Part shown: piece after piece, positions 30,449 to 42,100 of the stretch
Layout: each line of letters opens with the position of its first letter
Numbering within the stretch: position 1 is the stretch's first letter
NCBI GenBank assembly: GCA_963803805.1
Contig: CAWDOD010000002.1
Span: forward strand, 64,001 to 128,000
Origin: an uncultured cyanobacterium
Lineage (GTDB): Bacteria > Cyanobacteriota > Cyanobacteriia > Cyanobacteriales > CAWCAG01
DNA length: 64,000 nucleotides
Reading direction: 5' to 3'
Position numbers and translations under genes: made by a program
The notes under the pieces: model-generated
What the model saw: only the letters and a program-made list of their open reading frames with translations
What the model was told of the DNA's origin: nothing
The model's database searches: none

Positions 30449-32389
30449 ATGAGTAAAAGCCGAAAATTTTTTCAATGTAGTTTTTTATCTTTAAGTTTAA
30501 TTAGTTTTGTTTCCCCTTTAAAAGCAACTGCTTTTCCTGATAGTACAAACCATTGGGCTGCTGAATGTATTGAAGAGATGTCAGCAAGAAACTTAGTTAC
30601 AGGTTACCCTAATGGTAATTTTCGCCCCCAAGGAACTATTACTAGAACTGAGTTTGCAGTATTGATGTTGAATGCTTTTCCTGATGCCCCCATCCAAAGA
30701 GGTAAAACCACCTTCCGAGATGTACCAAGCAACTACTGGGGTTTCCAAGCAATTCAAGATGCCTACCAAAGGGCATTTTTTACTGGCTATCCTGGAGGGA
30801 TTTTTCAGCCCCATCAGCCTATTCCCAGAGTACAAGCAATTGCTGTGTTGGCTGATGCTATTGATTACCCGAAACCCAATAATGCCAATAGTATTCTGAA
30901 CCAATACTATCAAGATGCAGCCCAAATCCCTAACTATGCCCGCTCTGTTGTAGCTGCTGCATCAATTAATAATCTAGTAGTTAATTATCCCCAAGTTCGT
31001 AAACTCAATCCTAACCTTAGTGCAACCAGGGGAGAGGTTGCAGCTTTATTATGTCGCGGCTTACACATAGACACCCTGCCACCTCAATATATTGCTGGTA
31101 TTGTTACCCAGCCTCAACAAGTACGCCCTTTACCAGGAAAACTAAATAATGTTCCGGTTTTTAATAGTAATAGTCCTGAATTAGTACGTACAGAAGGCAT
31201 CCTCCTTTCCACCTTTCCTCCTACAAATAAAAGCTATCCTAATGCCCATCTTAACTATGCCTTTCAAGGACGTTTTGATATCTTTTCTCACCATATTGCT
31301 AGGGCAGAAACTGCTTCTCAAACCCATCCTTTATATCAAGGTATTCTTCTTTATAACCCCAGCAACCAACCTATTAGTGTAGAAGTTTTGCAAGCAGCAA
31401 GTTATTTAAGCAACCCTGATGCCCCTTTTATCACCTTACCTGACCTGGCAGACAACTCCAACGGTAATATATATTCTGGCCCAGGAGGTAGAGTTATGGG
31501 AGATATTTTACAAGGAGTGCGACAAGATAAATTTCCCCAACAAATTACCATCCCCCCGACAGAAAGTAGTATGCTATTAAACCAAGCAATTCCTGTTAAT
31601 CGCGCCCCAGCATCTAACGGACGTTCTACAATGATTCGCCTGCGTAGTAATGGGGCAGTTTATGTTGCTAACTTAGCGAAAAAAGCGCCTCGTAATAATA
31701 ATGGAACATACCGTCCTCCTACCTTGGCTGAGTGGCAAAAGATGGTCACAACGGCAGATTTAGCTGGGCCACGAGATAGTACCCCAACGCCCCTCAATCC
31801 CCCCAAACATCCTACGGTTTTTGGTCGAGTAGCGGGGGTATCCCAAGGTTCTCTATGGGAAGCAAGAATCACTGATGAAAATGAGAGTGACTTCTCTATT
31901 CCTACTCCAGGAAAGAGCATTTCCTATGTACTAGGAACAATCCATTTAATCACTTTAGGAACTGGGCAGATTCAAAGTGCGCCCATGCTTAAACGTTATG
32001 CCGATACAGCTTATTTTGCCCATAGTAACTATGGAGTAGAATATCATCTTGTTCTACCTTTGAAAAACAACACTAATCAACCACAAACTGTAAATATATC
32101 TTGGCAAACTCCTATCAAAGATGAAGGAGGAACAGAAAGATTGTTGTTTACCAATTCTCAAGATCAAAGAATATTTTTTCGAGGTACAGTTAAACTAACT
32201 TATCAAGACGAAAAAGAAAGTAAGCAAACTCGTTATTATCATTTAGTACAAAGAAGAGGACAGCAAGGAGAACCTTTATTGACTTTGAATTTGCTTCCTA
32301 ATGAAACTAAGGAGGTGCAAGTAGATTTTATTTATCCTCCTGATGTTACTCCACCTCAAGTTTTGACTATTGAAACTTTATCTAATTAA
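30449..32389 (+). CDS. Secreted protein with three SLH domains and a DUF3370-like domain
   Basis: Signal peptide, three SLH repeats (GYPNGNFRP, GYPGGIFQP, NYP...ATRGEVAA), then PVFNSNSPE..EGILLSTFP, NYGVEY. Confidence 0.8.
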   Translation: MSKSRKFFQCSFLSLSLISFVSPLKATAFPDSTNHWAAECIEEMSARNLVTGYPNGNFRPQGTITRTEFAVLMLNAFPDAPIQRGKTTFRDVPSNYWGFQAIQDAYQRAFFTGYPGGIFQPHQPIPRVQAIAVLADAIDYPKPNNANSILNQYYQDAAQIPNYARSVVAAASINNLVVNYPQVRKLNPNLSATRGEVAALLCRGLHIDTLPPQYIAGIVTQPQQVRPLPGKLNNVPVFNSNSPELVRTEGILLSTFPPTNKSYPNAHLNYAFQGRFDIFSHHIARAETASQTHPLYQGILLYNPSNQPISVEVLQAASYLSNPDAPFITLPDLADNSNGNIYSGPGGRVMGDILQGVRQDKFPQQITIPPTESSMLLNQAIPVNRAPASNGRSTMIRLRSNGAVYVANLAKKAPRNNNGTYRPPTLAEWQKMVTTADLAGPRDSTPTPLNPPKHPTVFGRVAGVSQGSLWEARITDENESDFSIPTPGKSISYVLGTIHLITLGTGQIQSAPMLKRYADTAYFAHSNYGVEYHLVLPLKNNTNQPQTVNISWQTPIKDEGGTERLLFTNSQDQRIFFRGTVKLTYQDEKESKQTRYYHLVQRRGQQGEPLLTLNLLPNETKEVQVDFIYPPDVTPPQVLTIETLSN

Positions 32390-32704
32390 AATTACCAAAA
32401 CCATAAATGGCTTTTGTGAATATAGAGAATAGTTAATACGACTTGAGATAGATAAAAAATACTTTAAGAATAAAAACTTACTACTTAAAAAGTCATAACA
32501 ATATTTCTCTAGACGGAAGATAGTTAATTAAACCTTAACTTATAATTGATTATTAAGGCCTGTCTACATTTTTTAGAAAATTGAAGATTCTCTATAAATG
32601 TTTTTAGATAGGCTGAGTTGAGAAAAATAGATATTCTATTACATAGCTAATAAAATATCTATTTTTCAAACGCTTTTTAAGTAAGTCTGAGGAGTCATAA
32701 AAGA

Positions 32705-33508
32705 ATGTCCCAATTAATTAAAAATACTTTACTCTGGCGCAGTTTGCGTAAAGGTGCGCTAGCTTTCGCTTTAGTAGGTTTACTTCTTCCTGCTGCTTGT
32801 ACCGATACTGACACAGTAGAGGAAGCAGAAATAGAAGAACAAGAAGAAGATAATGTTACCGCAGAAGATGTTACCGAGAATACAGGTGATCTTATTGGTC
32901 AAACTGTAACAGTGAGAAGCGAAGTTGAGGCTGTTGGGGAACAGAGTTTCCTCATGAGTGATGAAGAATTGTTTAGTGATGACACAATTTTAGTCATCAA
33001 TGCCACAGGGGAAATTTTTACAGTTCCCACCGATGGTACAGAAGTTCAGGTAACTGGGGAAGTTAGGGAGTTTGTTTTAGCAGATATAGAAGAAGAATTT
33101 GCTGACTTTGAGTGGGACCCAGAAGTTTACGAAGATTATGAAAAAAAAGCGGTTATCATCGCTGAATCTCTCGCCGAAGCGCCAACACCAGACGAATTAA
33201 CTGATAACCCTGAAGAATATTATGGAGAAGTTGTAGCAGTACAAGGGGATGTTGAAGAGGTTCTTAGTGAGAATACTTTTGTAACTGATGATGGCTTACT
33301 TGTGGTTGTTTTAGAGACGGAAGGAGTCTTGACAGAAGGAGAAGAGGTAGCAATGACAGGGGAACTTAAGGAGTTTGTCTTAGCTGATGTCGAAAAAGAC
33401 TATGATCTCACCTGGGATTTAGATGTCAAAGAAAAAATCGAAGCTGAATATGAAACTAAACCAGTATTGATTGCTAAAAAAGTTTATCCATCTGCTGTAG
33501 AAGAGTAA
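32705..33508 (+). CDS. Very acidic putative lipoprotein with two internal repeats
   Basis: Lipobox-like LPAAC; duplicated unit G..V.V...VE / TGE..EFVLAD.E..Y. Confidence 0.75.
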   Translation: MSQLIKNTLLWRSLRKGALAFALVGLLLPAACTDTDTVEEAEIEEQEEDNVTAEDVTENTGDLIGQTVTVRSEVEAVGEQSFLMSDEELFSDDTILVINATGEIFTVPTDGTEVQVTGEVREFVLADIEEEFADFEWDPEVYEDYEKKAVIIAESLAEAPTPDELTDNPEEYYGEVVAVQGDVEEVLSENTFVTDDGLLVVVLETEGVLTEGEEVAMTGELKEFVLADVEKDYDLTWDLDVKEKIEAEYETKPVLIAKKVYPSAVEE

Positions 33509-33529
33509 GTTGCAATAAATAATTAATTG

Positions 33530-33572
33530 AAAGTGGGGGGCGCAATCTAGGAGATCGAGTTCCCCACTTTTT
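33530..33572. terminator. Bidirectional terminator between convergent genes
   Basis: AAAGTGGGG...CCCCACTTT followed by TT. Confidence 0.65.
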
Positions 33573-33573
33573 A

Positions 33574-36222
33574 TTAAACTTCTACAGGTTGAGAAGCATT
33601 ACTTTCTACAGATTCCCTTTCTTTAATTAAAGCGATCGCCCCACTAACGCTTTCGGGCAAAATTACTACTAAACCATCTTCAGTCACCTTATCTAAGCCC
33701 ACTTTAATGGCTTCAGCTTCATTGAGAATAGTCACACAATCAGAATCAGGTTTTTTCTGGCGAATTCCTTTCACAATCAAATCGGCTACTTCACCTCGCG
33801 CCCTGCCCCTAGTATCTTCATCTTCTTTAACAATAATATGATCAAAGAACTCTGCTGAGAGTTCCCCCAAAGCAATTAAGTCTTCATCACGGCGATCCCC
33901 AGGGCCACCGACTACACCAATACATTGGCCTTGCCAGTTACCGACAAAACCCCCTAAAGCAGCATAACTAGCGGGGTTATGGGCATAATCTATTAAGGCA
34001 TGGCCTTTTTCCAGGGTAAAGAGATTCATTCGACCGGGAGTTTGACCCACAGAAGGGGCAAAAGTTCTTACTCCTTGACGAATAGATTCTATTTCTACTC
34101 CTTGGGTATAAGCTGCTAAACAAGCAGCCAAAGCATTAGCAATCATGAAAGGAGCCATTCCTCCCATGGTGATAGGAATATTAGCAGCCCGTTCAATATG
34201 TACAGTCCAGTCCCCAGAAAGGAGAGAGAGGTAGCCATTTTCATAAATAGCAGCTAAGCCTCCTTCTTTTGTATGCTCCTGCACCAAGGGGTTGTTGGGG
34301 TTCATGGAAAAATAAGCTACTTGCGCTTCCACCTGCTGTGCCATATCTACTACCAAGGGATCATCAGCGTTGAGAATGGCATAACCTTCCGGTCGTACAG
34401 ATTCTACCACCACACTTTTAAGGCGGGCTAATTGCTCTACGGTATCAATATCACCAATACCTAAATGATCTGCGGCGACATTTAAAACCACACCAATATC
34501 GCAAAATTCAAAAGCTAAGCCGGAACGCAAGATCCCCCCACGGGCCGTTTCTAACACCGCCACCTCAACAGTAGGGTCTTTAAGAATCACCAGAGCGCTT
34601 TGAGGCCCTGTGGTATCCCCTTTTTCCACTAAATGCCCATCAATATAAATACCGTCAGTGGTTGTGTAACCAACTACCTGCTCCGTTTGTCCATAAATAT
34701 GGGCAATGAGACGGGTTGTAGTGGTTTTTCCATTAGTACCAGTGATAGAAATGATGGGGATGCGGCTAGGAGTTCCTTTAGGGAAAAGCATCTCCAAAAC
34801 CGGGGCCGCTACATTGCGAGGCAAACCCTTACTAGGACAAACGTGCATCCTAAACCCAGGGGCCGCATTAACTTCAACCACAACTCCAGATACTTCTCTT
34901 AAGGGTTTGGTGATATCCGGTGTAACCACATCGATCCCGGCAATATCTAAGCCAATTACCTTCGCAACCCTCTCTGCTAGCCAAATATTCTCAGGATGAA
35001 TATCGTCAGTACGGTCAACGGCGATACCACCTGTACTCAGATTGGCTGTGGCTCTAAGATAAACGGTTTTCCCTGGCTCTAAGATCGTATCAAGATTGTA
35101 GCCTTGGCGTTGTAAAACATCCGTGGCTGTCTTGTCTAAAGTTATCCTAGTGAGAACATTATCATGACCATCACCTCGGTCAGGATCACGGTTGGTTTGG
35201 TCAATGAGTTGTTGAATCGTTAACTGACCATCCCCAATTACATGGGCTGGAACTCGCTCTGCTACCGCCACAAGTTTGCCATCAATGAGCAAAATACGAT
35301 GGTCGCTACCACGGTAAAAACGCTCTACAATTACCCCACGAGTCTTAGCTTCCTGGCTAGCCAAATCGTAAGCTTGTTCTGCTTCTGACCAATCTTTAAT
35401 ATCAATGGTGATACCTCTACCGTGATTGCCATCAAGAGGCTTAATGACAATGGGATAACCCCCTAAATCTTCAATAGCTCCTTCTAATTCATTGAAGTAA
35501 GAAATAACCGTGCCATTAGGAACAGGAATACCAGCATCTCTGAGGATAGTTTTGGTTCCTTCCTTATCACAAGCCAGTTCTACACCCAAAATACTGGAAT
35601 AGTCGCTTAAGGTGGCTTGAAGGCGTTTTTGATGGACTCCATAACCTAGTTGCAGCATGGCACGGGCATTAAGTCGTAGCCAAGGAATTTTGCGGGCTTC
35701 AGCTTCTCTAACGATGGTTTCAGTGCTAGGGCCAAGGGCAGAACTTTTAGCTAAATGTTCTAGGTCATCTAAATCTTGGTTTAGTTCTTTAGCTGGATAA
35801 GTTCCTGTATTAATAATACTTTGACACAATCTAACTGCTGCTCTACCGGCATAGCGTCCTGCTTGTTCGTCAAGATATTCAAAAACGACTTGATAAACTC
35901 CTGATGTACCCGTTTCCCTGGTACGACCAAAGCCAACAGGCATACCGGCTAGTTCTTGTAGTTCCAGGGCTACGTGTTCGATGATGTGACCCATCATCGT
36001 CCCTTCTTGAACTCTACTAAGGAATCCTCCTCGACAGCCTGGAGAACAGTGGTGTTCTACCAAACTAGGTAAAACCTCAATAAGTCCTTCGTAGAAGCCC
36101 TGAATTTGATTAGAAGGTTTCTCCGCAAGTTCTTCTAAGTCTAAGCGAAGAATGATTAATTTATGCCGTCGAATGCTCCAATAATTGGGGCCGCGTAAGG
36201 TCTGGGTTTTCAGAATTCTCAT
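33574..36222 (-). CDS. cphA: Cyanophycin synthetase
   Basis: LRGPNYWS, ALGPST, ATP-grasp KPLDGNHGRG, Mur-like ITGTNGKTT, DYAHNP. Confidence 0.97.
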   Translation of the reverse strand: MRILKTQTLRGPNYWSIRRHKLIILRLDLEELAEKPSNQIQGFYEGLIEVLPSLVEHHCSPGCRGGFLSRVQEGTMMGHIIEHVALELQELAGMPVGFGRTRETGTSGVYQVVFEYLDEQAGRYAGRAAVRLCQSIINTGTYPAKELNQDLDDLEHLAKSSALGPSTETIVREAEARKIPWLRLNARAMLQLGYGVHQKRLQATLSDYSSILGVELACDKEGTKTILRDAGIPVPNGTVISYFNELEGAIEDLGGYPIVIKPLDGNHGRGITIDIKDWSEAEQAYDLASQEAKTRGVIVERFYRGSDHRILLIDGKLVAVAERVPAHVIGDGQLTIQQLIDQTNRDPDRGDGHDNVLTRITLDKTATDVLQRQGYNLDTILEPGKTVYLRATANLSTGGIAVDRTDDIHPENIWLAERVAKVIGLDIAGIDVVTPDITKPLREVSGVVVEVNAAPGFRMHVCPSKGLPRNVAAPVLEMLFPKGTPSRIPIISITGTNGKTTTTRLIAHIYGQTEQVVGYTTTDGIYIDGHLVEKGDTTGPQSALVILKDPTVEVAVLETARGGILRSGLAFEFCDIGVVLNVAADHLGIGDIDTVEQLARLKSVVVESVRPEGYAILNADDPLVVDMAQQVEAQVAYFSMNPNNPLVQEHTKEGGLAAIYENGYLSLLSGDWTVHIERAANIPITMGGMAPFMIANALAACLAAYTQGVEIESIRQGVRTFAPSVGQTPGRMNLFTLEKGHALIDYAHNPASYAALGGFVGNWQGQCIGVVGGPGDRRDEDLIALGELSAEFFDHIIVKEDEDTRGRARGEVADLIVKGIRQKKPDSDCVTILNEAEAIKVGLDKVTEDGLVVILPESVSGAIALIKERESVESNASQPVEV

Positions 36223-36414
36223 AATGTATTGTCAAGTCGGACTCGGAAGCACCAAGAAGCCATATGTTATACCATAGTTTCTCGCTTTCAAAAGAAATTA
36301 AACTGTTACTGATGAACGGTTTTTTCAGTTGTTGATGTCAAGGTAACTATTTCTTGAGTTATTTTAGTCTCTATCAAGTCGCCCTAAATTATCTCCTAGG
36401 TAAGAATCACTGCT

Positions 36415-37281
36415 TCAATTAGAAGAAAGTACTTGGCGAGATTGAACTTGATAGCGATCGCCATGACAGAGAATGTGTAGGCGCAGGTTGTGAATATTAA
36501 TCGGGTCAGCAGTTCCAACTTTTTTTTGGTTAGTATAAGACAAGCATAAAGGATCTACAATTGTCACGGTTCCTTTACCAATTACTCGTAATACCCCATC
36601 CTTTTCAAAAACAGCACAGGTATCTTCATCAATTCCCACTCCTAAAAGATGGGGATACATAGCCACAGCGCTCAGTAAGCGGGCCATACGATTACGATTG
36701 TGGAAGTGTTGATCAACAATCACTTCAGGGATCATATTTAGCCCTGTAGCTATATCCACCAAAGAGCGATTAGGGGACTCACCACTACCCCCACCAGCAA
36801 TCATTTGATCCCCCATAACCGCAGCCCCCGCACTAGTCCCAGCTAAAGTTACTTCCCCTAGCTGTACTCGCTGCCGTACTCTCTCAGCAATGGGAGTATC
36901 TGTTAACAAGCCGCAGAGTCTAAGCTGATCTCCTCCGGTCATAAAAACGCCGGTACACTCTTCTATATATTCTTTGTAGCTGCGGTCATCTCCTTGTTGG
37001 CGATCGCGGATATCCAAGATTTTGATTTGCTTGGCCCCCATCTCTTCAAAAATACGTTCGTAGCGACTACCTGTAAGGGCTGGTTCCCTAGAAGCTGAGG
37101 GAATAATCGCAATAACTGCCTCCGAAGCACCTGCCCGCTTAAAAAAGTGGTGCAGGATTTCTTTCCCATGAACTTTATCTTCAGCGCCACCAATCACCAA
37201 GATGGCAGTTTTTGTTGATAAGGACATCTTGGTTTCTGACATTTGAGACTCCAGTTGCAACATAACCTCACTTTTTAACAT
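36415..37281 (-). CDS. cphB: Cyanophycinase
   Basis: IGGAEDK, TGGDQ, GTSAGA, DQHF..RNR, GIDEDT; directly upstream of cphA. Confidence 0.96.
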   Translation of the reverse strand: MLKSEVMLQLESQMSETKMSLSTKTAILVIGGAEDKVHGKEILHHFFKRAGASEAVIAIIPSASREPALTGSRYERIFEEMGAKQIKILDIRDRQQGDDRSYKEYIEECTGVFMTGGDQLRLCGLLTDTPIAERVRQRVQLGEVTLAGTSAGAAVMGDQMIAGGGSGESPNRSLVDIATGLNMIPEVIVDQHFHNRNRMARLLSAVAMYPHLLGVGIDEDTCAVFEKDGVLRVIGKGTVTIVDPLCLSYTNQKKVGTADPINIHNLRLHILCHGDRYQVQSRQVLSSN

Positions 37282-37476
37282 AGGGAAAACTAATATTTAT
37301 TTTTGCTTGCTTACCCGGTGTTTTTGCAAGAAAACACTAGATACATTTAAGAGAAAAAGAATAACTGGTCATAAAACTAAGTATTAGAATTAAAGATTAT
37401 ATGACGGCGACAATACTTGGGACAATAGGTATTCTTAAGTGTCAAAGCTCTTAACCATAATATTTTCATAACTACT

Positions 37477-38181
37477 GTGCGCATTGATGTTATCACTTTG
37501 TTTCCTGACTTTTTCTGTTCGCCCTTGAGTTCGAGCTTATTAGGTAAAGCTTTGGCAAAGCAAATCGCTACTGTTCATTTACACAATCTGAGGGATTTTA
37601 CTACAGATAAACATAGAAGGGTAGATGATGAACCCTATGGTGGTGGTGTTGGTATGCTGCTTAAACCAGAGCCTATTTTTGCGGCTGTGGAATCTTTGCC
37701 TGTATTACCTAAACGCGACATTATCTTGCTCACACCTCAAGGTCAACCCCTAAATCAAAAGTTATTGCAAGAATTAGCAACAGATTATGAACAATTGGTA
37801 TTGCTCTGTGGTCACTATGAGGGAGTGGATGAACGGGTTCGTAATTTGGTGAGGCGGGAGGTATCTTTAGGGGATTTTGTGCTTACTTGCGGGGAGATCC
37901 CTGCTTTAGCTTTGATTAATGGAGTTGTGCGGCTATTACCAGGGACTGTTGGTAAGGAAGAATCCCTGAAAGCAGAAAGTTTTGAAGAGGGTTTGCTAGA
38001 TTATCCTCAATATACTAGACCTGCTGTTTTTCGAGGCTGGGAAGTGCCAGAGGTACTGCGTTCAGGAAACCATCAAAAAATCGCTCGTTGGCGCAAAGAA
38101 GAGCAAATTAAAAGGACTAAAGAACGTCGCCCTGATTTGTGGGAGGATGGGGAGATGGGGAGATGGGGAGAAAACTATTAG
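37477..38181 (+). CDS. trmD: tRNA (guanine37-N1)-methyltransferase
   Basis: VDDEPYGGGVGM, CGHYEGVDER, SLGDFVL, ESF..GLLDYPQYTRP. Confidence 0.96.
   Translation: MRIDVITLFPDFFCSPLSSSLLGKALAKQIATVHLHNLRDFTTDKHRRVDDEPYGGGVGMLLKPEPIFAAVESLPVLPKRDIILLTPQGQPLNQKLLQELATDYEQLVLLCGHYEGVDERVRNLVRREVSLGDFVLTCGEIPALALINGVVRLLPGTVGKEESLKAESFEEGLLDYPQYTRPAVFRGWEVPEVLRSGNHQKIARWRKEEQIKRTKERRPDLWEDGEMGRWGENY
38141..38171 (+). repeat. GGGGAGAT octamer tandem repeat at the trmD 3' end
   Basis: gggaggatggggagatggggagatggggaga. Confidence 0.7.
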
Positions 38182-38210
38182 CCACTAGTACTGATTATTG
38201 ATCATTGAGA

Positions 38211-38958
38211 TCAAGTTGCTACTGCCACCTTAAGCATTTCTTCTGGGGTGAGGTTGTGGTAAACCACCTCACCATCGAGAAACCAAACAATACGTTGGGT
38301 TAAACGAGCTACTTCTGGCTCGTGTGTTACCATGATAACGGTCATGCCGCTACTATTTAACTCAGCGAAAATATCCATGACTTCGCGGGTGGTGTGGGAA
38401 TCTAAAGCCCCCGTTGGTTCATCAGCTAGCAGGATAACAGGTTGGTTAACGATGGCACGGGCGATCGCCACTCTTTGTTGTTGCCCCCCAGAAAGTTGGT
38501 TAGGTTTATTGTTAAGACGACTTGACAAACCCACTCTAGTTAAGGCAACTATGGCGCGATCACGTCTTTCTTGGCTAGAAACTCCGGCATACAACATGGG
38601 TAAGATGACGTTATCCAAAGCAGTCATTTGGGGTAAGAGATGAAATTGTTGGAAGACGAAGCCGATTTTGAGGTTGCGAATTGTCGCTAGTTCTGATTCG
38701 GGCAAAATCGAGACATCAATATTATCAAGATAGTAACTTCCTGATGTTGGGCGATCTAAACAACCGATGGTGTTCATCGCCGTAGATTTTCCTGAACCAG
38801 AAGGCCCCCATAATTGAGCAATATTCGCCTTTTTCTACTGTTAAGTTAACCTCAGAAAGAGCGCGTACTTCAGCATTACCACTACCATAAATTTTAGAAA
38901 TATTTTCTAAACGAACAATGGCAGATTTGTAAGGGGAATTGTTAATTGAATTCAACAT
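38211..38958 (-). pseudogene. LolD/MacB-type ABC ATP-binding gene, frameshifted in Walker A (pseudogene or assembly error)
   Basis: ATGGGGGCCTTCT carries 5 G (C-run 38805-38809); with 4 G it reads MGPSGSGKST and joins the two ORFs; LSGGQQQR, LADEPTG. Confidence 0.8.
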
Positions 38959-39110
38959 ATTTATTTGTCATAAAAATTACTAAGCTAAAAGGATTTTCCT
39001 TTACCCCTTAACTCTTAAACCTTAATTGTCGATTGAAAGTTGAAAGTCTACTGGGCAAATACTCTAACCTTGCTCCAAAATAGGGGATGTGCCAGAATTA
39101 ATTCCTCCCT

Positions 39111-42100
39111 ATGTCTAAATCTGAATCTGATCATTCTTCATCACTATCTTCACAAGATAGCAAGAAATTCTTTGTTGTTGGTGTTGGTGCTTCTGCTGGT
39201 GGGCTGCGCGCATTAGAAGAGTTTTTTGAGAATATGCCCACAGATAGCGGGGCGGCTTTTATTACTATTCAACACCTCTCCCCAGACTTCAAGAGTTTGA
39301 TGAAAGAACTCTTGGAGCGGCACACGGAGATGAGTATTCATAAAGTGGAGGATGGCATGAGATTGCAGTCTAACTCCATCTATTTAATCCCTCCAGGGCA
39401 AAATCTGGTTGTTGAAGAGGAACAGTTACGCTTACAAAAAAGAGAAGATAAAATTTATCATCGCCCTAATTTTCCTATTGATCTATTTTTCAAATCTTTG
39501 GGGAAAAATTATCAAGAACGAGCTATTGGGGTAGTTCTTTCTGGAACTGGTAGCGATGGCACTCAAGGTTTACGAGACATTCATGAAGCTGGGGGTATTA
39601 CCCTAGTTCAAGAGCCAAGTACTGCTGAATTTGATGGTATGCCTCGCAGCGCGATCGCCACAGGAGTGATTAACCGAATTCTCTCACCGCGAGATTTAGC
39701 TGAAACTATTTATCAGTTTTTAAAATCCCCCACAAATCCTGACAAGTTTAGTCAGCAGCAAGCACTTTCTTCTAATTCTCCAGAATTACAAAATATTACT
39801 AGCCTGCTAGCACGCTACAAACAAGTAGATTTTTCTCACTATAAAAGTAATACCTTAAGTCGGCGTATTCATCGCCGTTGCTTAATCACAGGTTGTACCA
39901 CTATAGAAGAGTATATTGAGCTTCTGGAAATATCGGCTGAGGAACGAGAAATTCTCCGGGGTGACTTACTAATTGGTGTAACTAATTTTTTCCGCGATCG
40001 CCCTGCTTGGGACTTTTTAGCTAAAAATGTTATTGACAACCTATTAAAGCAAGCCGAATCTGGGCAAGAGTTAAGATTTTGGATTACAGCTTGTTCTACG
40101 GGTGAAGAAGCTTATTCTTTAGCCATTTTGGTAGATGAGGCTATTTCTAAATTCAATAAGCGAGTTAAAGTCAAGATTTTTGCTACGGATATTAACCGCC
40201 TGGCTTTAGAGAAAGCTGCTCAAGGAGTTTATCCAGAAAACATCGCTAATGAAATTAACCAAGAGCGCTTGGCAAAATATTTTACTCCCAAAGAAGAAGG
40301 CTTTCAAGTGAGTCGGAAACTACGGGAGATGTTGATTTTTGCTCCTCACGATTTAACCAAAGATGCTGGTTTTACTCGCATTCACATTATTAGTTGTCGC
40401 AATGTTTTGATTTATATGCAGCCCCAGTTGCAACAACAAGTTTTGCGTAATCTTCACTTAGCTTTAACAGTTAAAGGGACTCTTTTCTTAGGAGAGTCAG
40501 AGACGTTAGGAGATTTTAATGAGGAATTTGTTACTCTGCACAAAACCTGGAAGCTTTATCAGAAAAAACGGGATGTGAGGTTGAATTTGCCTTTGCGGGG
40601 AGTTGAGAAACTCGGCACTAATATGGTGAATCCTCCTAGTGAGAAGAAGATTAGTACTAGCAGAAGAGAACCCGTACTAGAAGCTGCTTTAAACTTGGTT
40701 TTAGAACAGCAGAAAAGCACCTGTTTGTTGGTAAATAATGAGAATCAGGTTTTGTATTTATTTGAAGATTTGGCTAATGTCTTGAAACTACCTACGGGGG
40801 AATTATCTAGGGATGTTAATAAGCTAGTCATTTCCGCCTTGAAACTACCTTTGAATACGGCGCTTCACCGAGCAAAAAAAGAGAAAAAACCGATTCTTTA
40901 TACAGGTATTAAACTGGATCAAGAAGATGATAGCCGCAGAGTCAACCTCAAAGTTAGCCGGAATAAAACCAACAAACTGGCTGGAGATTTTTTGATGGTG
41001 ACGATTACTGAAAATAATCAATCTCCTCCCTCTAAATTAGTTGGTGAAAGCTTTGAGGCTGATGCAGAAACGGCCCAACGTATTACAGAATTAGAAGAAG
41101 AATTACAACATAGTAGTGAAAACCTACAAGCAGTTATTGAAGAATTAGAAACAACTAATGAAGAACAACAAGCTACCAATGAAGAGTTAATTGCTTCTAA
41201 TGAAGAGTTGCAAAGTACCAATGAAGAACTACATTCAGTTAATGAAGAGTTATATAGCGTTAACAGGGAGTATCAAGCGAAAATTCAACAGTTAACTCAA
41301 CTCAATGATGATGTAGATAACTTACTTAGTTCTATAGATATTGGGGTAGTGTTTTTAGATAAAGACTTGAAAATTCGTAAATTTACCTCCGCCGCCACAG
41401 AAGCAATTAATTTAGTTGAGGCAGATATTGGTCGTCCCCTCAAACACCTTTCCCATAATATGGACTGCAATAATTTACTAGAAATGTTGCAGGAAGTTGT
41501 TGAAATTGAAGAGCCTTTGGCAAAGGAAGTCAAGTTAGTAGAAACAGATACGAATCTTTTACTACGCATTCATCCCTATCGCCAAAATGAAGGCTTTAGT
41601 GATGGGATTGTCCTAACTTTTGTTGATATTGACGATATTAAGAAAGCAGAAGAAGCCCTGAAACAAGCAGAAGAAGATTTGCGTCGGGCGAATGAAAGTT
41701 TAGAAAGGAGAGTAGAAGAACGTACTGCGGCCTTGCAAGAAAGTAAAGAACGCTTCCAGGCAACCTTTGAACAAGCAGCAGTGGGTATTGCCCATGTTTC
41801 CCTAGAAGGGAAATGGTTAAGGGTGAATGGCAGGATTTGTGACATTATTGGCTATACCCCAGAAGAACTACTCCAACTAACTTTCCAGGATATTACTCAC
41901 CCCGATGATTTAGAAGCTGATTTAGGTTATGTGAAGCAAATGTTGGCCGGAGAAATTAACAATTACTCTATGGATAAACGCTACATCCATAAAAATGGCG
42001 TGGAGGTGTGGATTTGCTTAACTGTATCTCTAGTCAAAACTAAGACAGGAAAGGCAAAATACTTTATTTCTGTAGTAGAAGATATCAACGAACGCAGGCA

